64,000 bases of DNA from assembly GCA_031414775.1 (NCBI GenBank), contig JANOQI010000041.1, positions 64,001 to 128,000 on the forward strand. The letters run 5' to 3'. Under the pieces are notes generated by a model that had not been told where the DNA came from, ran no database searches, and saw nothing but the letters and a program-made list of their open reading frames with translations. Within the stretch, counting starts at the first letter, position 1; every line of letters starts with the position of its first letter. The translations under genes and the position numbers were made by a program. Below, in pieces: positions 49,627 through 60,075 of this stretch. The stretch comes from Synechococcales cyanobacterium VAR_4_metabat_354 (lineage in GTDB: Bacteria > Cyanobacteriota > Cyanobacteriia > Cyanobacteriales > Chamaesiphonaceae).

Positions 49627-52353
49627 TTATGGAAGTTCTGTAGGGGGATAGTGTTGCTGAATAAATTCGATCGCTTGCTGGCGATCGATCACCATGCCAT
49701 CAAGAGTCGCTACTAATATAGCATCTAAAATTTTTTTGTACTGGACACCTGGTTTATAACCGAGCATTTTTAAATCATTTCCAGTAATCGGTGCTTTAAT
49801 CCGGTTCCAACCGGTGAGATATTGCTGCAAAATACTACTTTGGGGAGTTGGCAAAGTGATGGCCACTAGCAATAACACGGTGGGGGGATATGGTTGCAGC
49901 CAGCTTACTAACTGGCCAACCGACAGTTTTTGCTCCAGAATATTTATTAATTCCTGCCGTGATCGATCGATAGTGGCCAGACGGTGATGGCTGGTGGCGG
50001 GCAATTGGAGTTGCTGAGCTACCCGCTCTCGATCGCTAGGTATTAAGGCCATCAACAGAATTTCTAGGCGTAGTAACCATGGTGATAAGGTCGTTTGGAG
50101 AGCATCGCAACCAGCAGAATGCAGTATGGTATCGATCAACTGGCAGCGTCGGCGAGTTTCAGCATTTAAACGCAGTTGGGGATGCAAGCATTGCAAAGCA
50201 CCTAATTCACTGAGCTGTTCAATGGCCGCCAGCCAATAATCAGTTTGCAAGATGTATTTTAATTCGGATTGTAGCCTGGTTTGTAGTGCTGGGGCTTTGG
50301 TGTTTTGGAGCAGAGTTCGATCATAAACACCACTAGCGATCGCGTATTTGATGTAGGCAATAGTTTGGGGTTCGATCGTCAATCCTAAACGCACTGCAAA
50401 TCTTACCCCCCGATAAATCCGAGTCGGGTCTTCAATGAAACTATTGGCATGTAAGACTCGCAGTTGCTGAGTTTGCAGGTCTCGTAATCCACCAAAAAAG
50501 TCTAGTATTTCCCCAGTCTGGGGCTGAGTTAGGCGCATAGCCAAGGCATTAATCGTAAAATCACGCCGATACAAATCTTGCTGAATGGAACTCGCTGCTA
50601 CTTCCGGATTAGCTGCCGGATAGGGATAGAACTCGGTTCTGGCAGTGGCAATATCCATGCATAAAGAATCCAATACTGGGTCTTGATGCCACAGCAACGC
50701 TGCTGTTTGGAATTGTCCATGAATGTCGATGCGAGCAGCCGGATAAAGTTGGTGCAACGCCTGGGCTAATTCCACCCCGGCCTGTTCATCCGCAGATCTG
50801 TCGAAACCATCCACCACCAAATCCAAATCGGATATCAGTAACTGAGCCTGTGCTGGAGCCAAGATTAAATCTCGTACCGCGCCACCAACTAGATACAATT
50901 GCCAGCCGCGCTCTTGGGCTAACTGGGCAGCTGTTTGTAATAATTGCCACAGAGCCGGAAGCAGCCGCTCTGGTAAGTTGAGGTGAGTAAAGATTGGGGC
51001 AGTTGATGACTTGTTCAGTAGCGTGCTTTTTTGGCTCTCTAGACGATAGCGATGGCGCAACACATCAGTGCGCGTTACAATCCCCACTAATTCTCCAGCA
51101 GCAATTACTGGTAATCTACCAATATCGTGAGTTACCATTAATGTCTGAATTTCTGCCAAGGTCGTGGTGGGAGTAATTGTCTGAACATCATTGCGCATAT
51201 AGCCTTTCACTGGCGCATGGGCAAAACCATGATGGAGAGCTAAATCCATATCCCGCCGAGAAATTACTCCGACCAACTTAGTTGCTGGCGTATCCACCAC
51301 TACACATAAGCCAGAATGACCATAGCGTAGAATCATTTTCTGTGCTGCTTCGATCGTTAGATCCGGGCGAACCGTGCGGACTGGTGATGACATCATCTCT
51401 CTTGCTGTGAGCGGAGCTGGGATCTGGATGGTAATTGCAGTCAACAACTCAGCCATAACTACTGATGGTAATATGCAGCGTTTGTTGAGTGCAGCCGCCC
51501 GTGGATGTCCACCCCCACCTAATCTCTGGAAAGACTGACTGAGATTTACCCCCGGTACTTGACTACGCCCAATAATTGTCACTAGTTGTTCCTGATTGGC
51601 TTTGAGTGAGTAGCTAACTCCCAACAGCAGAATGTCGCTACTGGTCACTGTCATCAACTCTGATATTAATCCCGACAATCCAATCACAAAATGACTAGTT
51701 TCTAGCATGACCCAACTTACTCGGTAGCCATGAATCAAGTCAGTATGTAATTTCTCTAATCCGATTGGTAGCAGTCGTTGTAGTGCCGTGGATAGTTCCT
51801 GCTCCCGATAATCGGCAATAGTCTCTAAACCGGCACCTTGATGGAGCAACCAAGCTAGAACTGTGGCATCGCGGGACGTAGTGTTGGCAAAAGTTAGAGA
51901 ACCTGTATCTACATGAATTCCTAAAGCCATGACGGTAGCTTCTGCAACCGTGAGATTGATTTGCTGTTGTTGTAGTAGTTCAGCAATGATAGTAGTCGTG
52001 GCACCGACTGGTTCGATCCGTCGATCCGTCGTAATGATATCGCTGACCGTTTCTAGATGGTGATCGTAGACAGTAATTGCTGTTAACTGTGGTAAATCTA
52101 GCCACTCTTGGCATTTCCCCAATCTTTTTCGCTGCTGGGTATCGACAATACTTAGAGTTTGGATATGATGCGGATCGATCGAGCGAGCTTCAGCGATCGC
52201 ATATTCATCCCGATATAGCGCCAAGAAATCATGTACGCCTGGATGTGTCCCCCCTGGTAAAACCAACTTTGCTCCCGGAATTAATCGTGTCAATCCCACT
52301 GCTGCACCCAGCGCATCAAAATCAGCAGTCGTGTGGCAAAGAATTAAGTCCAT
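49627..52353 (-). CDS. DHH-CBS-nucleotidyltransferase (A-adding-type tRNA nucleotidyltransferase)
   Basis: DFDA, YDHH, GGGH, CBS pair, LVGGAVRD, DLDL, RRDFTINA, EDPTRI. Confidence 0.88.
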   Translation of the reverse strand: MDLILCHTTADFDALGAAVGLTRLIPGAKLVLPGGTHPGVHDFLALYRDEYAIAEARSIDPHHIQTLSIVDTQQRKRLGKCQEWLDLPQLTAITVYDHHLETVSDIITTDRRIEPVGATTTIIAELLQQQQINLTVAEATVMALGIHVDTGSLTFANTTSRDATVLAWLLHQGAGLETIADYREQELSTALQRLLPIGLEKLHTDLIHGYRVSWVMLETSHFVIGLSGLISELMTVTSSDILLLGVSYSLKANQEQLVTIIGRSQVPGVNLSQSFQRLGGGGHPRAAALNKRCILPSVVMAELLTAITIQIPAPLTAREMMSSPVRTVRPDLTIEAAQKMILRYGHSGLCVVVDTPATKLVGVISRRDMDLALHHGFAHAPVKGYMRNDVQTITPTTTLAEIQTLMVTHDIGRLPVIAAGELVGIVTRTDVLRHRYRLESQKSTLLNKSSTAPIFTHLNLPERLLPALWQLLQTAAQLAQERGWQLYLVGGAVRDLILAPAQAQLLISDLDLVVDGFDRSADEQAGVELAQALHQLYPAARIDIHGQFQTAALLWHQDPVLDSLCMDIATARTEFYPYPAANPEVAASSIQQDLYRRDFTINALAMRLTQPQTGEILDFFGGLRDLQTQQLRVLHANSFIEDPTRIYRGVRFAVRLGLTIEPQTIAYIKYAIASGVYDRTLLQNTKAPALQTRLQSELKYILQTDYWLAAIEQLSELGALQCLHPQLRLNAETRRRCQLIDTILHSAGCDALQTTLSPWLLRLEILLMALIPSDRERVAQQLQLPATSHHRLATIDRSRQELINILEQKLSVGQLVSWLQPYPPTVLLLVAITLPTPQSSILQQYLTGWNRIKAPITGNDLKMLGYKPGVQYKKILDAILVATLDGMVIDRQQAIEFIQQHYPPTELP

Positions 52354-52638
52354 GATTAATCAAAAGATTGTCTGTCTTTATATTAGGCAGAATATTATGG
52401 ATATGCATTCTTAGCCAAACAAAAATAGACTGAAAACTCCCCAAGTAGGAAATCCTCAATCTATTTTCTGGTGACACTATGAGTCAAGCTTATTTTACGT
52501 ACAATAAATAAACCTGAGCAGATATTTAGCCCTTAGATTTTTTTTGTTTTTCAGGTGCTGTATCTGCTGGCGATCCTTCCCCTTGAGCCAAGGGGCGAAT
52601 ACTGACAAAATATTGCCTGAAGCCCACCGGTTGACATC

Positions 52639-53505
52639 CTACGCTAGCGTGATGCTGGCTACTTTTCCACCAATTTTGTTAATGTGCTGGAGTGTACTAT
52701 TGAGTTGTTCGTAGAGAACAATAAACTCTTTGTTACTCCGGCGCACTTTGGGATAACGGGGCAGACTAATACCAGATACTTCAATCCGATAGAGCCGGTT
52801 CGAATCACCCGTACTAGAACGACCAAACACCCGACTGGGCATCGCGCTCTCGGGAGTGCCTTGATAAGCAAATCCACCATTGCCCCCAGAAGGCGGAATC
52901 ACAGCTGATGTCGTGTTGCTACCTAGTTCAGCAGCTAGGCGAGACTTTGTCCCAGCAATCTGTGATCGATCGCTATTGGCATATCCCCGATAGAGCCGGA
53001 ACATCCGAGGAAATCCCGCCATTTTCTGGCCAACTTGGGTCGAAAAACCGCGAAAGTAGGGAACCGTCGAATCACCAAAATTAGCGTCGTATTCGTCAGA
53101 ATCGATATATGAATCAATGTCGGCATCAGAGCCGTAGTTTTGGTATCGATCGAGATGTTCGATCACTTCTGACTCATCATAGGGAGCGCGTCCTAACAAA
53201 TGTTTGAAACTTAACTCGATGGCACGAGTCTGAAAGACTGGGTATAAAAATTTGGTTTTGTATAACTCAGACTTGGCAAGACCCCGCACAAATTCTCGCA
53301 CAGTAATTTGGCCATTACAGAGTAAAGATTCGAGTCCAGTGAGTCGTTCGCTAACCATCAGATAGTCGTTACCTAAGACCTGACGGTAGACTGCCCGAAT
53401 CACTATTTGGGCATCTGCTGCCGACCAGTTGGGACGTAATTCGAGCGGCTTACTATCGCTATAGGCACTAGTACCCAAGCGAGAAGCTCCGATTGTAATC
53501 GCCAC
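52639..53505 (-). CDS. cpcI: Phycocyanin rod linker, CpcC family (CpcI-type)
   Basis: [32 protein letters not shown]-terminal CpcD-like domain; second linker after cpcBA. Confidence 0.85.
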   Translation of the reverse strand: MAITIGASRLGTSAYSDSKPLELRPNWSAADAQIVIRAVYRQVLGNDYLMVSERLTGLESLLCNGQITVREFVRGLAKSELYKTKFLYPVFQTRAIELSFKHLLGRAPYDESEVIEHLDRYQNYGSDADIDSYIDSDEYDANFGDSTVPYFRGFSTQVGQKMAGFPRMFRLYRGYANSDRSQIAGTKSRLAAELGSNTTSAVIPPSGGNGGFAYQGTPESAMPSRVFGRSSTGDSNRLYRIEVSGISLPRYPKVRRSNKEFIVLYEQLNSTLQHINKIGGKVASITLA

Positions 53506-53554
53506 AGATTTTGCTCCTTGTGTTTTATCAGTTATTTATTAACTATTTACAGTT

Positions 53555-54373
53555 TTAAGCTCGATCGATACTCACGACCCGGCTACCCCGCTGATTAAGG
53601 CGCTGGAGAGTAGCAGAAAGTTGTTCGTAAGTAACCAAACACTCGCTAGCACTGCGCCGAATTTGGGTGCTAAGGCTACGATTAGCTTGCACGATCCGTA
53701 CCCGGTAGAGTTGTCCACGTTCGCCCTTGGCATTACCCGCGAGGCCACGTCCTAAGTTGGGAGTACGGACGGGGGTTGCTAAATTGCGCCCCAGATCCTC
53801 AGTTAGAGCAGCACTTTTGTTATGACCTTGAGCGCGATCGCTATTGGCATAACCCTGATATAACTGAAACATCCGGCTAAAACCGATTGTAGTTTGTCCC
53901 CGTTGAGTGGCAAAACCACGATAAGAAGGTACGATCGCTTCACCAAAGCTCTCTTGATATTCTAAGGAGTCCAGATAGGAGTCAATTTCAGCGGCATAGC
54001 CGCGATCAACGAACTGATTTACATGCTCGGTAATCTCTGCTTCATTGGCCGGAGCGCGACCCAACAAGTGTTTAAAGTTTAATTCAATGAACCGTACCTG
54101 GGGAGTTGAATAAAAAAACTTTTGTTTATATAATTCTGATTGTGCCAAGGCGCGCACAAAATTTCGCACGGTCATATTCCCTTGCCGCAGGAGTGATTCT
54201 GCACTGATTAACCGTTCGCTTTCCATGATGTGATCGTTGCCAAAGACCTGCCGATAGGCAGCCCAAATTGCCGTCTGAACATCATTTTCTGACCAGTTAG
54301 TACGCAGTTCTACTGGCGATTTACCAGCAAACGGCTCGAACCCCAACTGTCTAGCAGCCATAGAACTTGTCAT
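53555..54373 (-). CDS. cpcH: Phycocyanin rod linker, CpcC family (CpcH-type)
   Basis: [32 protein letters not shown]; first linker after cpcBA. Confidence 0.85.
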   Translation of the reverse strand: MTSSMAARQLGFEPFAGKSPVELRTNWSENDVQTAIWAAYRQVFGNDHIMESERLISAESLLRQGNMTVRNFVRALAQSELYKQKFFYSTPQVRFIELNFKHLLGRAPANEAEITEHVNQFVDRGYAAEIDSYLDSLEYQESFGEAIVPSYRGFATQRGQTTIGFSRMFQLYQGYANSDRAQGHNKSAALTEDLGRNLATPVRTPNLGRGLAGNAKGERGQLYRVRIVQANRSLSTQIRRSASECLVTYEQLSATLQRLNQRGSRVVSIDRA

Positions 54374-54409
54374 CGGTTCAATTCCTTAATTTACATATAA
54401 TTACAACAA

Positions 54410-54476
54410 TCCCAGAACCGTAAGCTATCGTTCGTTCCCACTCCATGAGCACGACAGACATCCTCCAGTTCTGGGA
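54410..54476 (-). other. Long-loop stem 3' of cpcA (mRNA stabiliser or attenuator)
   Basis: TCCCAGAACCG ... CAGTTCTGGGA inverted repeat between cpcA and cpcH. Confidence 0.5.
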
Positions 54477-54488
54477 ATTAGGAGCCAA

Positions 54489-54977
54489 TTAGCTTAAAGC
54501 ATTGATGGCATAATCGATGTAAGAATTGGCTTCAGTCGCTGGGTCGCCAGCGAGACCGTGGTTAGCTTTAATATATTTAAGAGCTTCTACATACCAGCTA
54601 GGAGACAATTCAAAAGTGGAATTGATTTCAGCTAAACCGCCCACAAGGTAGTCATCCATCGGACCAGTACTACCCGCAATGAGACAGTAAGAGATCATCC
54701 GAATATAGTAACCAATGTCCCGAGCACACTTCGCTTTACCACGTGGGGTGGAAGCGTAGTTGTTGCCGGTCATGTTGGTGGTGTACGGGAATTTTTGGTA
54801 AACTGCGGCAGCTGCACCATCAGCCAAGCTTTCCGCTTTGCCACTGAGTGCTTTAGCAGCATCAAGGCTAGCCGTAGCCTGACGAATGCGACCAAAAGCG
54901 ACTTGGAGTTCAGTAGAACTTAGGAACCGGCCTTGGGAATCAGCGGTAGCAACAGCTTCGGTTAAAGGAGTTTTCAT
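54489..54977 (-). CDS. cpcA: Phycocyanin alpha subunit
   Basis: [32 protein letters not shown]; 162 aa. Confidence 0.98.
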   Translation of the reverse strand: MKTPLTEAVATADSQGRFLSSTELQVAFGRIRQATASLDAAKALSGKAESLADGAAAAVYQKFPYTTNMTGNNYASTPRGKAKCARDIGYYIRMISYCLIAGSTGPMDDYLVGGLAEINSTFELSPSWYVEALKYIKANHGLAGDPATEANSYIDYAINALS

Positions 54978-55041
54978 AATTTACTTAATTTCTCAATAAA
55001 TGATTGTGCAAAAATTAACTTGTGATTGGTTAACTCGGGAA

Positions 55042-55560
55042 TTAACCGACAGCAGAAGCTGCGCGATCAAAGTAACCACCTAATTCAGCCATGAGTGAAC
55101 TACAGTCACCTTTAGTGATCCCATTAGGGTCATTAGCAATGGCAATGGCCGCATCCTTCATTTTGCCGATACCAGCACCTACTGAATTACCAGGAACACC
55201 CAGTGCCAGATAAGTTTCGCGTAGGCCGTTGAGACAGCGATCATCCAATACACTGGCATCACCAGTGAAAACTGCGTAAGTAACGTAACGCAAAACGATT
55301 TCCATGTCGCGTAAGCAAGCAGCCATTCGCCGGTTGGTGTAAGCATTGCCACCGGGAGCGATCAGCTGAGGTTGCTCGTCAAATAATGTGCGAGCAGCGT
55401 TAGCGACAATCGTGGAGGAATTGGAAGTAATCCGGTTAACTATATCAATGCGTTTGGTGCCATCAGCTACCATCGCTTTGAGGGCATCGATCTGAGCATC
55501 GCTAGCAAACGCACCTCTGGCATCTGCTTGGTCAACCACTTTAGTGAAAGCATCTAACAT
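55042..55560 (-). CDS. cpcB: Phycocyanin beta subunit
   Basis: [32 protein letters not shown]; 172 aa. Confidence 0.98.
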   Translation of the reverse strand: MLDAFTKVVDQADARGAFASDAQIDALKAMVADGTKRIDIVNRITSNSSTIVANAARTLFDEQPQLIAPGGNAYTNRRMAACLRDMEIVLRYVTYAVFTGDASVLDDRCLNGLRETYLALGVPGNSVGAGIGKMKDAAIAIANDPNGITKGDCSSLMAELGGYFDRAASAVG

Positions 55561-55605
55561 CTAAGGAAACTCCCTAAGTTGCAATAAAAATTACTTTGAG
55601 AAATC

Positions 55606-55639
55606 TGAATTCCTGATCGATTAAAGTGTCAGGAATTCA
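55606..55639 (-). other. Hairpin in the presumed cpcB 5' leader
   Basis: TGAATTCCTGA-N12-TCAGGAATTCA. Confidence 0.5.
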
Positions 55640-55676
55640 ATGACTTTTGAACCACGTTTGATTAAAGCAAGCCAAT

Positions 55677-55694
55677 CGTGCAAATTTTGTGCAG
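55677..55694 (-). promoter_or_regulatory. L-box (RcaC-binding direct repeat)
   Basis: Minus strand CTGCACA-AAAT-TTGCACG versus consensus TTGCACA-N4-TTGCACA, 117 nt upstream of cpcB and downstream of rcaC. Confidence 0.8.
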
Positions 55695-55858
55695 ATTCTC
55701 ATTTATCTAGTTTTCGGCTTGATTAAGAAATGTAAAAAAAGTTATAAACTCTTGCTACATAAAGATCTTGGCTTTTGGAGTTCAGCTTGTTAATTGTAAA
55801 GAAGTATTGCATCAGTCTAAGTCTAACGCTCTCTTAACATGATAACTATGCTGTTTGA

Positions 55859-57763
55859 TTATGTAGCTATCTGCCCAGCCTGAAGCCGTGCCAACCGGTG
55901 GCGGATACGTTGGGCGATTTCACCACCCATCATAGGCTTGTAAAGGTAATCGTCGGCTCCAACGCTAAAAGCTGCCTGTTGGGTGAGCAGATCGTTACTC
56001 ACTGTTAGAAATAAAATAGGTAAGCGTTGCCAGTAGGGGTCACTACGTAATACTTGGCATAGTTCTAAACCATTAATTTCTGGCATTTGTACATCTAAAA
56101 CTAAAGCGTCGGGTTGCACTAGTTGTAACACTGTCCAAAACTGTTGTGGATCAGCCAGGGTTGTTACTTTCATCCCCCAAGGTTGTAATAGTTTGGGGAA
56201 AGCCCGTAACCAATCGAGATCATCATCAACTACCATTACCTTGGTGATTGTGATAGCAGACTGGAGGAGGGATGTGGCTATGGCAAAGAGGCGATCGATC
56301 TTCAAGTTGATAGTACTCAAAAATTTCCCACCATGACGGACAACAGCCAGTCGCTCACTCAGTCCATCGCTGGCACTCAGTACTAACACCGACCAGTGTG
56401 GAAATCGCTGATGAACGGTGTGGATAAAACTGAACAGCGGTTCAGGACTACCTGTCAGACTAGCCAATATTACGCAGGAAGAATCGGGGGCAGTGGTGAG
56501 GTAATCGGTAGCAGCCTCGATTGTCGAAAATATTGAGGTACCATACCCGTGAACATTGGCCATGGCTGTCAGCGATCGAACTAAATCTGGATCTAGATCG
56601 ACCAGTAATAATAAGGGCAAACTTGGCGAAACCGAGTCCTTCTGAACGGAACCGGGTGAATTATCCGCAACTTCTTGTGCTAATTTCTGGAGTAGAGTGG
56701 GCAGCGTGGCGGCTTCAATGGGAGTTAGGAGGGTTGACCTATCGAATAATCTTTCAATATTACGGGCAGTCTCCATTGCTGATAGCAAAGAGAATACGCC
56801 CAATGTTCCCACTAGTTGGTGAGCCTGTCGGTGGGCTTGTTGTTGGTCGGAATAACTACCGTTACTCATTAACAATCGATCAGCTATCATAAATAGCTCG
56901 GCGAGCCGATCGAGACATTGGGGTTTGGTTGTTGCCCATGTTTCCTGAAGGAAAGACAGATATTGCTGTTGCTGGTTGAAATCTACTGACTCATGAACAT
57001 CAATCGGATGATCTGGCGAATGTGGAATTGCCGGTTGTTCAGATGTTGGGGGGAGAAAATTCTCTTTATTATCTAGATAATCATTGACCTGATGAGACTT
57101 GAGATAATAGCCCCGTCCATGAATGGTGCCAATTAAATCATTTGGTGCGCCAGCAGCTTGTAGTTTATGACGCAATCTCCGCAAATGCGATCGCACGGTG
57201 GCCTCTGCCGGAAAATCATCGGAAGACCACAACCTGTCGATAATTTCATCGCTACTAAAAACGTGAGCACTATCACGGAGAAAGAGTTCTAGTAAATCGT
57301 ATTCTTTGGTAGTTAAGGCTAGGGATTGACCATTGTAGGAAACTTCACAAGTACTGGGATTAAGGAGGAGATCGCCCCAACCTAATAGCGGTAGAGGATT
57401 ATTTCTACCTCTGCGCCGTAGTGCCCGCACGCGGGCAATCAACTCGGCTAGATCGAAAGGTTTAACCATATAGTCATCCGCCCCGGCATCTAATCCCTGT
57501 ACCTTAGCCGTGGTATTGTCTTGGGCGGTTAATAGTAAGATCGGTGTCGTATGACCAGCTCCTCGCAACCTTTGGCAGAGACTAATCCCGTCCAACTTGG
57601 GGAGCATGATATCTAAAATGATCGAGTCATAGTCAAAAGTAGCCGCGTAAGTCCACCCCGTTTCTCCATCCCTGACGGCATCAACAATATAATGTTGAGA
57701 ATTCAGACTCCTGGTTAATAAGGTAATTAATGAATCATCATCTTCAATTAGCAGAATTTTCAT
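55859..57763 (-). CDS. rcaC: Multidomain response regulator REC - OmpR wHTH - Hpt - pseudoREC - REC
   Basis: MKILLIEDD...ILDIMLP; TIHGRGY; AHQLVGTLG; LVLDVQMP; GAGGGAG RBS before ATG 57763. Confidence 0.88.
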   Translation of the reverse strand: MKILLIEDDDSLITLLTRSLNSQHYIVDAVRDGETGWTYAATFDYDSIILDIMLPKLDGISLCQRLRGAGHTTPILLLTAQDNTTAKVQGLDAGADDYMVKPFDLAELIARVRALRRRGRNNPLPLLGWGDLLLNPSTCEVSYNGQSLALTTKEYDLLELFLRDSAHVFSSDEIIDRLWSSDDFPAEATVRSHLRRLRHKLQAAGAPNDLIGTIHGRGYYLKSHQVNDYLDNKENFLPPTSEQPAIPHSPDHPIDVHESVDFNQQQQYLSFLQETWATTKPQCLDRLAELFMIADRLLMSNGSYSDQQQAHRQAHQLVGTLGVFSLLSAMETARNIERLFDRSTLLTPIEAATLPTLLQKLAQEVADNSPGSVQKDSVSPSLPLLLLVDLDPDLVRSLTAMANVHGYGTSIFSTIEAATDYLTTAPDSSCVILASLTGSPEPLFSFIHTVHQRFPHWSVLVLSASDGLSERLAVVRHGGKFLSTINLKIDRLFAIATSLLQSAITITKVMVVDDDLDWLRAFPKLLQPWGMKVTTLADPQQFWTVLQLVQPDALVLDVQMPEINGLELCQVLRSDPYWQRLPILFLTVSNDLLTQQAAFSVGADDYLYKPMMGGEIAQRIRHRLARLQAGQIAT

Positions 57764-57781
57764 AACTCCCTCTTTTACCAC

Positions 57782-58159
57782 TTACCAGTGGAGAATTTTG
57801 GCAATTTGATCTGGTAAATCAAGAGAATTAAAAGGCTTAGTAATTACACCACTGATCCCAAGATCATTAAACTGTCTGCGTTCAGCGGTTTGGGCTTTAG
57901 CCGTGAGAAATATTACTGGGATGCCCGCCGTTATGGGATTAGATTGTAGTACTTTAAAAGTAGCAATTCCATCCATTTCTGGCATCATGACATCTAGAAG
58001 AATGACATCAGGCAGCTCTTTTTGGGCGATGTCGATACCTGTCTGGCCGTCACTAGCAGCCAATACCTTCCACCCTGCCGCCATATTCACACCAAATTTG
58101 ACCACCGTTTGGATGCCTTCTTCATCATCAATCATTAGCAAACGTTTATGATCCATCAT
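57782..58159 (-). CDS. rcaF: Single-domain response regulator
   Basis: MIDDE, LLDVMMP, FLTAK, TKPF; start overlaps the end of the kinase gene. Confidence 0.85.
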   Translation of the reverse strand: MMDHKRLLMIDDEEGIQTVVKFGVNMAAGWKVLAASDGQTGIDIAQKELPDVILLDVMMPEMDGIATFKVLQSNPITAGIPVIFLTAKAQTAERRQFNDLGISGVITKPFNSLDLPDQIAKILHW

Positions 58160-60017
58160 CAACAGTCGGTAAAGTGAATGAGAATCTACTACCAACGCTC
58201 AGCGCGCTATCTACCCAAATTTTACCCTCGTGTTGTTCAACAATTTTGCGACAAATTGTTAACCCCAAACCGGTACCGCCTTTTTTACGAGAATCAGAAG
58301 AATCTACCTGTTGGAATCGCTCGAAAATACTTTCTAGTTTATCGGTAGGAATTCCTTGTCCTTCATCGCGTACTTCAAATAACACATCTTTATTCTTTGA
58401 TATGGTAGTGGCGGAAATGGAAACTGTTAACCAGACCTGACCACCCGGAGAAGAAAATTTGATGGCGTTGCTGATCAGGTTCGTTAAGGTCTGGACAATA
58501 TAATCTGGATCGACCCAGAGTTGGATATCGGCGGGCTGATTGACTAGGATAATTTGATGTTGTTGAGCCATTGATTGCATGGCGGCTACGGCTTGAGTCA
58601 TTAAATCAGCAGCATTACAGGCTTGTTTTTCCATTGTTACTGCTCCTGATTCGATGCGCTGGAGGTCGAGGACGCTATTTACTAATCGCACCAGGCGTTC
58701 GGTATTTTCATCAGCGATCGATAGGAGTTTTTGGCCATCGGCGGGGAGGACTCCCAACCGGCCAGTAGAGAGAATTTTTAAGGCACTGTGCAAAGAAGTG
58801 AGTGGGGTTCTGAGTTCATGACTGACGACGGAAATAAATTCATCCTTCATCCGTTCGATCGCCTTGCGATCACTGATATCACTAGTGAGGGCAAAAAAAC
58901 CACTGACTCGATCTGCGCTATCGACATGGGGAATATAAGTAACACTGACCGATCGGGTACCGCCATTTTGAAGGTGAATTTCATTCTCGTAGGTGACTAT
59001 CTGCCCGGTGAGAGCGGCCTTAACGTGGGGTTGGATGCGTTGGTAGTCATCTTTTCCCCATACTTGGCACATGGGGGAGCCGTGAATTTTATGGGGCGAT
59101 TTTCCTAGCCAATCGGCATAGGCTTGGTTGTTGAATTGATAACACTCTTGATCATCAATGTAAGCGATTAATACGGGCAGGGCGTTGGTAATGAGTCTTA
59201 ATTGCTCTTCACTCTGACGCAGAGCCGATTCCACCTGGGTGCGTTCGTTGATTTCTTGTTGCAAGCTAGTATTGGCGGCTTGGAGTTCGGCGGTACGCTC
59301 GGCCACAATTTCCTCTAAATGCTCCCACAATTCGCCTTGAGCTAGGGCGATACTGATTTGGTCGGCGAGCTGCTGCATTAGTTCTAGCTCGAAATCGACC
59401 CACTGGCGAGGTCGATCGCACTGATGGGCAATCAATAATCCCCAGAGCACGTTGGCGGGCGGGGCAGAGCGGGGTGGATGGACGTTAACGCTGTGTAAAA
59501 TCGGGACTATTAATTTCGCTTTCACGCCAAACTGTTCGACAAATTCTACTAAACAATCAGCGACTGCTGCTGCCGGATCCTGAACGTTGGCCACGGCTCG
59601 CACTCTTCCCTGAGCATAGAGTTGCTGATACTCTACCGGAAAGACTTCTTCTGGGAATTCCATCCCTAAAATTGCCTGATATGGCGGTAAAACAGCTTCG
59701 CTAATCGGTTTTCCGGTTCCATCCGGTAGCACTTGATAAATTAACACTCGATCGGCTTGCAAAATTCGTTGCACTTCGGTGACAGTTGTGCGGAGAATTT
59801 CTTTTAATTGCAATGACTGACGAATCTTAAAAGTAACTTCCGTAAATAATTCTACTCGTTGCTGTTCGCGTCGTAATTGGGCGGCGATCTGTTCTGGTTC
59901 ACTCAGCACGGTCGGTGGCAGCAATTTCTCTGAAGAGGAAGCCGCCGCAGTTTTAGCGATGGCTGGACGCGGCGCTATTGATTTTCTTTTGGATGGCTGG
60001 GATTTTTTGCCTGTCAT
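58146..60017 (-). CDS. rcaE: Green/red cyanobacteriochrome histidine kinase (GAF-PAS-HisKA-HATPase)
   Basis: GAF FPEEVFP...YAQGRVRA...ADCLVEFVEQFGVKAKLIVPI as in RcaE; PAS ITNALPVLIAYID; SHELRTPL; NAIKFS; GGTGLGL. Confidence 0.9.
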   Translation of the reverse strand: MTGKKSQPSKRKSIAPRPAIAKTAAASSSEKLLPPTVLSEPEQIAAQLRREQQRVELFTEVTFKIRQSLQLKEILRTTVTEVQRILQADRVLIYQVLPDGTGKPISEAVLPPYQAILGMEFPEEVFPVEYQQLYAQGRVRAVANVQDPAAAVADCLVEFVEQFGVKAKLIVPILHSVNVHPPRSAPPANVLWGLLIAHQCDRPRQWVDFELELMQQLADQISIALAQGELWEHLEEIVAERTAELQAANTSLQQEINERTQVESALRQSEEQLRLITNALPVLIAYIDDQECYQFNNQAYADWLGKSPHKIHGSPMCQVWGKDDYQRIQPHVKAALTGQIVTYENEIHLQNGGTRSVSVTYIPHVDSADRVSGFFALTSDISDRKAIERMKDEFISVVSHELRTPLTSLHSALKILSTGRLGVLPADGQKLLSIADENTERLVRLVNSVLDLQRIESGAVTMEKQACNAADLMTQAVAAMQSMAQQHQIILVNQPADIQLWVDPDYIVQTLTNLISNAIKFSSPGGQVWLTVSISATTISKNKDVLFEVRDEGQGIPTDKLESIFERFQQVDSSDSRKKGGTGLGLTICRKIVEQHEGKIWVDSALSVGSRFSFTLPTVDDGS

Positions 60018-60051
60018 CAAGATGGGGGATATTTGAGTTGATCAAGTTGTC

Positions 60052-60075
60052 AAAAAGAGGCGCAAAAGCGCCTCT
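60052..60075 (-). terminator. Intrinsic terminator after glyA
   Basis: Minus strand AGAGGCGC-tttt-GCGCCTCT followed by TTTT. Confidence 0.75.

Noticed and set aside
55004..55012. Single TTGCACA half-site (minus strand) between cpcB and cpcA
   Set aside because: No second half-site at 4-nt spacing and not in a promoter position
54489..55560. Possibility that this is the sulfur-sparing cpc3 operon or phycoerythrocyanin
   Set aside because: Subunits retain several Met and non-chromophore Cys residues and have phycocyanin-type sequences; rcaEFC and L-box context fit cpc2
55721..55760. RpaB/HLR1-like TTACA repeats upstream of cpcB
   Set aside because: Half-sites are degenerate and their spacing does not fit the expected period
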